Below the pieces are notes generated by a model. It searched no databases. It was not told the origin of the DNA and saw only the letters and a program-made list of their open reading frames with translations. From the IMG/VR virus record IMGVR_UViG_2703718794_000005: 13,313 bases of DNA; one strand, given 5' to 3'. Origin of the DNA: a virus (taxonomy: Duplodnaviria; Heunggongvirae; Uroviricota; Caudoviricetes). Below are positions 6,600 to 11,852 of the stretch, piece after piece; positions within the stretch are counted from its first letter, which is position 1; each line of letters opens with the position of its first letter. The position numbers and the translations under genes are program-made.

Positions 6600-6848
6600 A
6601 ACAGAAAAACCAGAGATAAGACAGCGCCAAAATATAAAGCGTTAGACATGACAGAGCACGCTTTAAAGGTGGCAATCAGAACGATAGACCGCCACGCGGG
6701 GGAAGGATACGCGAAAGAACATCCCGACCTGATAAGCGCATTCATGACCACAGCAGCGGCAAACTTTGCCACGCTGACAGAACGTGAGATTGCCGAAGCG
6801 GAACAGGTAACAACCATCAACGTTAAAACCGGAGAGGTGGAATCATGA
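6597..6848 (+). CDS. Hypothetical protein (83 aa)
   Basis: ATG 6597 uses last iteron (GGGGA) as SD; stop overlaps SSB start (ATGA); charged helical composition. Confidence 0.55.
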   Translation: MNRKTRDKTAPKYKALDMTEHALKVAIRTIDRHAGEGYAKEHPDLISAFMTTAAANFATLTEREIAEAEQVTTINVKTGEVES

Positions 6849-7267
6849 CAGCACAGATAGCCGCTTACGGGCGGCTGGTGAACGACCCGCAGGTAAAACA
6901 GACCAGCAAGGGCACACCGATGACGCTGGTTCGTATGGCGGTATCGCTGCCATGCAGCCAGGCACAGGACGGACAGGCGACGTTATGGCTGTCCGTCATC
7001 GCATTTGGCAAGCAGGCCGACTTCCTGGCTAAACATCAAAAAGGCGACGTTGCCAGCGTATCCGGCACGATGCAGGTAAGCCAGTGGACAGGCCAGAACG
7101 GCGAAACGCGGCAGGGCTGGCAGGTTATCGCAGACAGCGTAATCAGTGCGAGAACGGCGCGACCGGGCGGCAAAAAAGGCCAGCAGGGGCAGGCTACTGA
7201 CGCACTGAACAGGGCAAAACAACAGGCGGGTAACGATGATCCGTACGGGGATAACATACCGTTTTAA
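6845..7267 (+). CDS. ssb: Single-stranded DNA-binding protein (SSB-like, OB fold with acidic DIPF-type tail)
   Basis: 140 aa; N-terminal OB-fold-like region (AYGRLVNDPQVKQTSKGTPMTLVRMAV..), Gly/Gln-rich linker, C-terminal DDPYGDNIPF resembling the SSB C-terminal DDDIPF tail. Confidence 0.8.
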   Translation: MTAQIAAYGRLVNDPQVKQTSKGTPMTLVRMAVSLPCSQAQDGQATLWLSVIAFGKQADFLAKHQKGDVASVSGTMQVSQWTGQNGETRQGWQVIADSVISARTARPGGKKGQQGQATDALNRAKQQAGNDDPYGDNIPF

Positions 7268-7283
7268 GCAACGAGTGACAGAA

Positions 7284-7305
7284 GCCGGAGCAATCCGGCT
7301 TTTTT
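7284..7305 (+). terminator. Intrinsic terminator (gccgga-gcaa-tccggc + T6)
   Basis: 6-bp GC stem, 4-nt loop, 6 T; 17 nt after SSB stop. Nearly identical hairpin recurs at 9725-9747. Confidence 0.7.
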
Positions 7306-7354
7306 ACGGGTCCTCCTGGCGGGGTGGGCCTGAACACGGGGCGGAGGGGCGCGG
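7306..7354 (+). other. Degenerate cos-like element (cosQ-like ACGGGTCCTCCTGG; cosN analogue GGGCGGAGGGGC at 7339-7350)
   Basis: Aligns with cos1 (9748-9794): terminator hairpin + ACGGGTCCT..GG + ACGGGGCGG; 12-mer differs from GGGCGGCGACCT at 4 positions. Confidence 0.4.
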
Positions 7355-7487
7355 AAAAAAGCGCATTTTTGTGGTTTTATCGTCATCATCATCATGAGCG
7401 TAATTTATTGTTTTTAATTGTTTTGATGCAAAAAAGATGATGGTTGTGGTTAATTTTCGTTCGACATCTTTGCAGGCAGATAAAAAA

Positions 7488-7523
7488 GCCCGATAAGGTC
7501 AGAGGAAACCTATCGGGCTTTTG
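7488..7523. terminator. Hairpin with flanking A-run and T-run (gcccgata..tatcgggc), possible bidirectional terminator
   Basis: 8-bp stem 7488-7495 / 7511-7518, 15-nt loop, aaaaaa upstream and ttttg downstream. Confidence 0.35.
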
Positions 7524-7600
7524 CATATGAGGTTTTTTTGGTGCACTGACACACATGATCGGGATAATCATTTCATAATTTGCAACACAACTCAACATCA

Positions 7601-7661
7601 TTGCACAAAATGCAATCATGATTATAATCATAACTGGATGAACATCCAGTTATGATTTTTT
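7601..7661 (+). promoter_or_regulatory. Candidate promoter of the head operon (TTGCAC 7601-7606, 16 bp, TATAAT 7623-7628) embedded in nested palindromes (7618-7631 and 7628-7655) followed by T6
   Basis: Palindrome atgattataatcat covers the -10; perfect 13-bp-arm palindrome tcataactggatg-aa-catccagttatga spans predicted +1; SD agagga 10 nt before ATG 7685. Confidence 0.45.
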
Positions 7662-7684
7662 AAGTCAAAGAGGAATTTCTGACT

Positions 7685-7891
7685 ATGGCAGAAGAGAAAA
7701 AAGGCGGGGTGACCGTGTACATAAGCCCCGACATCGTGGAGGCGCTCAAGGAACGCCACCAGCAGAACGTAAAAGCAGGCATCGCGGCAGGACTTGATCC
7801 GCTGGCGATGGTTGAGCCGTCAACAGGCTGGCAGGTACGCGCCTATTTACGCGCGGCGCTGGGCATGAATCAGACGCATGGAGGTGAATAA
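7685..7891 (+). CDS. Hypothetical protein (68 aa), translationally coupled to major capsid gene
   Basis: SD agagga; stop TAA overlaps ATG of next gene (TAATG, 7889-7893). Confidence 0.55.
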   Translation: MAEEKKGGVTVYISPDIVEALKERHQQNVKAGIAAGLDPLAMVEPSTGWQVRAYLRAALGMNQTHGGE

Positions 7892-8946
7892 TGGCAGGCA
7901 AAGCAACGGCACTTAACACTAACCAGCTTTTCGCGTACCTGAATCGCGGGGATATTGCGGAATTTAAATTCAGTCCGCTGTTTACCACGCTGTTTTTCCC
8001 GAACGTGGCGACATTCAACACCCAAAACATCATGCTGGACACCCTGGACATTGAAGAGGTTACGATGTCGGCGTTTTGTTCGCCTATGGTGGGTAGTCAG
8101 GTCCAGCGCGATAAAGGGTACGAAACCAGCACGATTAAACCTGGATACATGAAGCCGAAGCACGAAATCGATCCAACGAAAACCATCATGCGCATGGCCG
8201 GAGAAGATCCGGCACAGCTTAACGACCCTACCTATCGCCGTATGCGCCTGATTACTGGCAATATGCGCCGCCAGGTAAACGCCATAAAAGCGCGCGTGGA
8301 ATGGCTGGCGGTAAATGCGGTAACGACCGGAAAAAACATCATTGAGGGCGAAGGCATAGAGCGCTATGAAATCGACTGGAAGATACCGGAAAAAAACATC
8401 ATAGAGCAGGCCAAAGGCCGTAAATGGTCAGAGCAGGACAAAGAAACTCACGATCCAATCTATGATATTGAGCTTTATGCGGATCAGGGCAATTGCCCCG
8501 CAAACGTCATGATTATGGGCGCTGAGGTATGGCGCACGTTACGCAGCTTTAAAAAATTCCGCGAACTGTACGATCTTTCCCGTGGTTCAGAATCCGCCGC
8601 AGAACTGGCCTGCAAAAACCTGGGCGAAGTGGTGAGCTTTAAAGGCTATCTGGGCGATATTGCCCTTATCGTCTATTCCGGCAAATACACTGACAGCGAC
8701 GGCACCGAAAAATATTTCCTTGAGCCTGATTTGCTGGTCCTGGGCAACACCAACAATAAAGGGCTGGTGGCCTATGGTGCGATTATGGAACAGGAAGCGG
8801 TAAGAACGGGCGCAACGCAAAACATGTACTACCCGAAAAACTGGATTGAGGACGGCGATCCGGCGATTGAGTACGTGCAGACACACAGCGCACCGCAGCC
8901 GGTACCGGCAGATATTCGCAAATTTGTTACCGTCAAAATTGGTTAA
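7891..8946 (+). CDS. Major capsid protein, lambda gpE family
   Basis: 351 aa; blocks FKFSPLF..LFF, KPGYMKPKHE, DPTYRRMRLI, HDPIYDIELYA, RSFKKF, RGSESAAE, LGEVVSFKGYLGDIALIVYSGKY, FLEPDLLVLGNT, YPKNWIEDGDPA, SAP..AD..KFVTV align with lambda E protein as I recall it. Confidence 0.9.
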   Translation: MAGKATALNTNQLFAYLNRGDIAEFKFSPLFTTLFFPNVATFNTQNIMLDTLDIEEVTMSAFCSPMVGSQVQRDKGYETSTIKPGYMKPKHEIDPTKTIMRMAGEDPAQLNDPTYRRMRLITGNMRRQVNAIKARVEWLAVNAVTTGKNIIEGEGIERYEIDWKIPEKNIIEQAKGRKWSEQDKETHDPIYDIELYADQGNCPANVMIMGAEVWRTLRSFKKFRELYDLSRGSESAAELACKNLGEVVSFKGYLGDIALIVYSGKYTDSDGTEKYFLEPDLLVLGNTNNKGLVAYGAIMEQEAVRTGATQNMYYPKNWIEDGDPAIEYVQTHSAPQPVPADIRKFVTVKIG

Positions 8947-8957
8947 CGGGGGATTCT

Positions 8958-9293
8958 ATGGACACTCCATACATTGAGTTATTCGCAGGCAGTCAGCAGG
9001 TCGCCACGACGCTGGTACATTTTGCCGCTGATGCTGGCGTTATTCAGGAATTTACCCCGCTGATGCTGGCGGACAATGGCGAGTTTAAGCCGTGGGATGG
9101 TCAGGAATCTGGCAAGGCTGTTTATCTGACTTCGTACCCCGTGGACACGTCGACGCAGAAATCAGCACAGTGTTACAAGACGGGGATATTTAATATCGCT
9201 GCCGTAAACTGGCCTGAGAGCGCCGACACTGACGCGAAAAAATGCGCTGCCTTTGCGGGGTCTGGCGTATCCGTTCAGCCGCTGGCCCGATAA
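8958..9293 (+). CDS. Head decoration protein, lambda gpD-like
   Basis: 111 aa; TPLMLAD..WDG..YKTGIF..WPESADTDAKKCAAFAGSGVS matches remembered lambda D ([36 protein letters not shown]). Gene order E then D is reversed relative to lambda. Confidence 0.8.
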   Translation: MDTPYIELFAGSQQVATTLVHFAADAGVIQEFTPLMLADNGEFKPWDGQESGKAVYLTSYPVDTSTQKSAQCYKTGIFNIAAVNWPESADTDAKKCAAFAGSGVSVQPLAR

Positions 9294-9305
9294 GCAGGGG
9301 GAACG

Positions 9306-9719
9306 ATGGCAACGAATGAAAGCATCATGACGCTACCGCTGGCGAGTAAATTTAAAGCCGAAGCGCGGGCAATGGCTGACAGAGGGTTATCAACCTACGA
9401 GGCCATATATCAACTTAACAAACTGGAAGAGCAGGACAAGCCGCGCGCTGATGCGATTATGGCGCTTGATGAATCTGGCGACTATCAGCCGCTGTTACGT
9501 GCAATGGCAAACGTGCCTTGTATCGATGTTGGTACGGCTAAAAGCATCCTTAGCATGACCATAGAGCAGGAACGTCCGAAGGTTGCGCCGGAGCTTACCG
9601 CAGCCTTTGAAAACTTTATGGACATGCACAGCCCGCAAGCCGTATCAGCTGGCATGGCATACGATGGCAGAAACCCGGGCGATGACGGCGACATCGATCG
9701 CATACTGAAAACCATCTGA
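9306..9719 (+). CDS. Hypothetical protein (137 aa) within head module
   Basis: ORF with SD gggggaacg; acidic C-terminus; no recognisable homolog from memory. Confidence 0.6.
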   Translation: MATNESIMTLPLASKFKAEARAMADRGLSTYEAIYQLNKLEEQDKPRADAIMALDESGDYQPLLRAMANVPCIDVGTAKSILSMTIEQERPKVAPELTAAFENFMDMHSPQAVSAGMAYDGRNPGDDGDIDRILKTI

Positions 9720-9724
9720 GACAG

Positions 9725-9747
9725 GCCGGAGAAATCCGGCTTTTTTT
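9725..9747 (+). terminator. Intrinsic terminator (gccgga-gaaa-tccggc + T7)
   Basis: 6-bp GC stem, GAAA tetraloop, 7 T; 6 nt after stop of 9306-9719. Confidence 0.75.
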
Positions 9748-9830
9748 ACGGGTCCTTTCCGGCATATGGACCCGTTACGGGGCGGCGACCTCGCAGTTTT
9801 TCGCTATTTATGAGCCTTTTTCGGGTGCTG
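9748..9830 (+). other. cos site 1, lambda-type: cosQ-like ACGGGTCCTTTCCGG (9748-9762), cosN GGGCGGCGACCT (9780-9791), partial cosB-like (TTTTCGCTATTTATGA)
   Basis: Near-identical to the remembered lambda cos junction ACGGGTCCTTTCCGGTGATCCGACAGGTTACG|GGGCGGCGACCT|CGCGGGTTTTCGCTATTTATGAAAATTTTCCGG; precedes the Nu1-like gene as in lambda. Confidence 0.8.
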
Positions 9831-9924
9831 GTGGTGGTTTTGTTGTTCGCTCTATCTCTATGAATAAAAAGGGAAAGATAAAAACAATACACCAACCTGA
9901 AACATTACTTAAGTGGGGATATTG

Positions 9925-10467
9925 ATGAAATCGCACCTGATGAACAAAAAAAACATGGCGCAAAGCTGCCGTGTAAGTGCGACAGCGTTCGACAAGTGGC
10001 GAGTGACTCCCGTTGAACGTAAAGGACGCGAGGCTTTTTACGATGTTGCCAGCGTGATAGACAATCGGGTAAGCAATGCAATTAACCAGGTTACAAACGA
10101 CAAAGGCGAGATTGATGATGATGAACTCTTACGAGTCAGGATCAGATTACTGACCGCCCAGGCGGAGGCGCAGGAACTTAAAAACGAGCGCGATCGCGGT
10201 GACGTAATTGATACAGAGTTTTGCATGTACGCGCTTTCAAAACTGGCGAGCCAGATTTCTTCAATCATGGACAGCCTACCGCTTACGATGCAAAGGAGCT
10301 TCCCACAGATTACCCCCGCCATGCTGGATGGGCTTAAAAGGGAAGTGGTTAAAGCCTGTAATGCCAGTGCCAGAGTTGCCGACAACCTTCCGCAGATACT
10401 GGCTGATTACTTGAAAGAAACTACCGGAAACGTACCGGAAAAGTTGCTACAGAAGAAACGTGAGTAA
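9925..10467 (+). CDS. Small terminase subunit, lambda Nu1-like (TerS; could act as a packaging-redirecting TerS homolog)
   Basis: Central block LTAQAEAQELKNERDRGDVIDTEFCMYALSKLASQISSIMDSLPLTMQRSFPQ..LKREVVKACN aligns with lambda Nu1 (LTRAQADAQELKNARDSAEVVETAFCTFVLSRIAGEIASILDGLPLSVQRRFPE..LKRDIIKAMN). ATG 9925 has SD gtgggga; ORF track starts at GTG 9913; ATG 9940 also possible. Confidence 0.85.
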   Translation: MKSHLMNKKNMAQSCRVSATAFDKWRVTPVERKGREAFYDVASVIDNRVSNAINQVTNDKGEIDDDELLRVRIRLLTAQAEAQELKNERDRGDVIDTEFCMYALSKLASQISSIMDSLPLTMQRSFPQITPAMLDGLKREVVKACNASARVADNLPQILADYLKETTGNVPEKLLQKKRE

Positions 10468-10495
10468 CCGCAGCACAATTATTGAACAAAAATGA

Positions 10496-10557
10496 GAAAG
10501 GATCTGATAATGGCATTTTCTGGCTAAAATGCCTCGTGTCAGATCCTTTCTTTTTTT
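10496..10557 (+). terminator. Strong intrinsic terminator after terS (12-bp outer stem gaaaggatctga/tcagatcctttc enclosing an 8-bp inner hairpin, then T7)
   Basis: Read directly; on the minus strand the same inverted repeat corresponds in position to the lambda cosB-region inverted repeat (GAAAGGAAACGACAG..CTGTCGTTTCCTTTC). Confidence 0.7.
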
Positions 10558-10700
10558 AATGTTTTCATTGTTAAACAGTCTGTTACAGAGAAGAAGAACG
10601 GATCTGACTTTTGCCGGAAAATTTTCATAAACAGATAAAAACTGCGAGGTCGCCGCCCCGTAACGGGCCATAATTCCAGGAAGGACCCGACGACACCAGA
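10558..10700 (-). other. cos site 2, lambda-type, inverted relative to cos1: cosN GGGCGGCGACCT on minus strand (10647-10658), cosQ-like GGGTCCTTCCTGG, extended cosB-like region
   Basis: Reverse complement reads ..GGGTCCTTCCTGGAATTATGGCCCGTTACGGGGCGGCGACCTCGCAGTTTTTATCTGTTTATGAAAATTTTCCGG..GTTCTTCTTC..AAAGAAAGGA.., matching remembered lambda left end; 31-bp stretch 10637-10667 is the exact reverse complement of 9771-9801. Confidence 0.75.
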
Positions 10701-10722
10701 CTATCAGAACGATGGGGGCACA

Positions 10723-11004
10723 ATGACAGAAGCCGAACTACTGCGATTAATCCGTCGCGTTGCCGGAATCAGCCAGCAGGCTGACGAACAGGCCACGCAG
10801 CCGGACAGCGTGACCGCCGAAAATTATGCGCGTGTGGTTGCTGAGGTGATGCGCCGTGATGGTATTGAGCTTAACGGCGTGGATATGCGCAACATACGAA
10901 CCAGAGTCCTTGAGTTGCTGGCATACCGTCGCCGCGTGGAGATGTATCGGGAGAAGGAGAAAATCACGTATCACTGGAAGAAGCCGGAGCGGTTACGGCG
11001 GTAA
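10723..11004 (+). CDS. Hypothetical protein (93 aa)
   Basis: ATG after SD gatgggggc; Arg-rich basic C-terminus; no homolog recognised. Confidence 0.55.
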   Translation: MTEAELLRLIRRVAGISQQADEQATQPDSVTAENYARVVAEVMRRDGIELNGVDMRNIRTRVLELLAYRRRVEMYREKEKITYHWKKPERLRR

Positions 11005-11018
11005 CTTGTTGATTAAAA

Positions 11019-11093
11019 GGCGGCTCAATTCTGAGCTGGGTAGCTGACGGCGGTAACTGTTTGATATTCCCGATAACGCAAAATTGCGCTGGC
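11019..11093 (+). repeat. ~75-bp direct repeat, copy 1 (contains near-palindrome ctcaattctgag and palindrome gcgcaaaattgcgc)
   Basis: Closely matches 11206-11276 by eye; partial third copy at 10995-11015. Confidence 0.5.
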
Positions 11094-11205
11094 TACATCC
11101 CTCACATCTGAGGACTGTTAACCAGCAGGCCGGAATATATTCACAAACTACGAAATTTTCGTAGTTTAATTACTCGCCAGTTTATCGTTAACTAGTTGAT
11201 ATTTT

Positions 11206-11276
11206 CGGAAACCTCAATTTGAGGAAGTCGGCGCGGTAACTGTTTTATATTCCCGATAGCGCAAAAATGCGCGGTC
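11206..11276 (+). repeat. ~75-bp direct repeat, copy 2
   Basis: cggaaacctcaatttgaggaagtcggcgcggtaactgttttatattcccgatagcgcaaaaatgcgcggtc aligned to copy 1 by eye. Confidence 0.5.
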
Positions 11277-11300
11277 GGGCAGAATGAGCACCACCTCAAT

Positions 11301-11340
11301 CGTGACGGAGAGTGACAACCAGTGACACACCGTGACAAAA
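11301..11340 (+). repeat. Four 10-bp-phased GTGAC repeats (cGTGACggag aGTGACaacc aGTGACacac cGTGACaaaa)
   Basis: Read directly; exact 10-bp register; resembles the array at 1531-1570 near the other island end. Confidence 0.45.
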
Positions 11341-11389
11341 AGACGGTTTAACCGTTCATTAAAAATCGACGTGATTTTGTGCTTTCCGG

Positions 11390-11413
11390 ATGACGTGGCC
11401 AACGTCATTTTTT
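11390..11413 (+). terminator. Intrinsic terminator candidate (atgacgt-ggcca-acgtcat + T6)
   Basis: 7-bp stem, 5-nt loop, 6 T. Confidence 0.5.
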
Positions 11414-11704
11414 AGCGAAAAATTCTGATTAAGGTCACTGGCTGAATGGTCATAATGACCACGCAGACCATCAAGGCAACCATAGCGATCATCGTTACGG
11501 TTGGAGCTTTTCCGCCATTGGTGGAAAAGGTGCACATCTGGATCATCATTACGGTGATCAAGGGTATGTAAAACCCACCAGCCTGATTAAATGTTAACCG
11601 GAAAAAAATCCGGTAGCCCCGTTATGGGGATCCCCATATCGACATTAACGCCCCTCATGAATTGGTGCGCTTCCCCCTGGAAAGATTACCCGCCTGTATA
11701 TTTC

Positions 11705-11775
11705 TTGTGTCTATTTGTTCCACGTTGTTTCATACAGTGCACCGAACGGTGTAGTTAATGGTGTAGTCAATTTGC
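11705..11775. repeat. attR: right copy of island-bounding direct repeat (perfect core 11747-11767)
   Basis: cggtgtagttaatggtgtagt identical to 202-222; upstream arm ttgttccacgttgtttcatacagtgcaccgaa resembles the attL upstream arm. Confidence 0.75.
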
Positions 11776-11852
11776 GATTTTTGGCACTTTTTTAATGATA
11801 ATTGTTTAATTAAATCAATGACTTGGCCTGGTGTAGTGATAAAAGGACATAT

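Larger units (their letters stand above)
161..11772. mobile_element. Integrated phage-satellite-like island (P4-like/PICI-like), ~11.6 kb, attL to attR
   Basis: Perfect 21-bp direct repeat at both ends, integrase adjacent to the left repeat, self-contained integration/regulation/replication/packaging modules, chromosomal phoQ immediately outside the right repeat. Confidence 0.8.

Noticed and set aside
6367-6600. 77-aa plus-strand ORF spanning the iteron array (also minus ORFs 6212-6457, 6430-6675, 6560-6820)
   Set aside because: Reading frame is generated by the AGTGGGGAG repeats themselves (repetitive KWG/VGS translation); region is better explained as a replication origin.
7392-7631. Minus-strand 79-aa ORF in the SSB to head-operon gap
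   Set aside because: AT-rich intergenic region containing terminator and promoter signals; Ile/Met/Cys-rich translation typical of random AT-rich frames.
7685-11004. Search for large terminase, portal, prohead protease or scaffold genes
   Set aside because: No ORF in the island exceeds 469 aa and none shows terminase ATPase/nuclease or portal-like features by eye; the head module appears genuinely partial rather than mis-called.
11214-11408. Minus-strand 64-aa ORF across the right-end repeat region
   Set aside because: Overlaps the direct repeats and the phased GTGAC array; no start context; likely non-coding.
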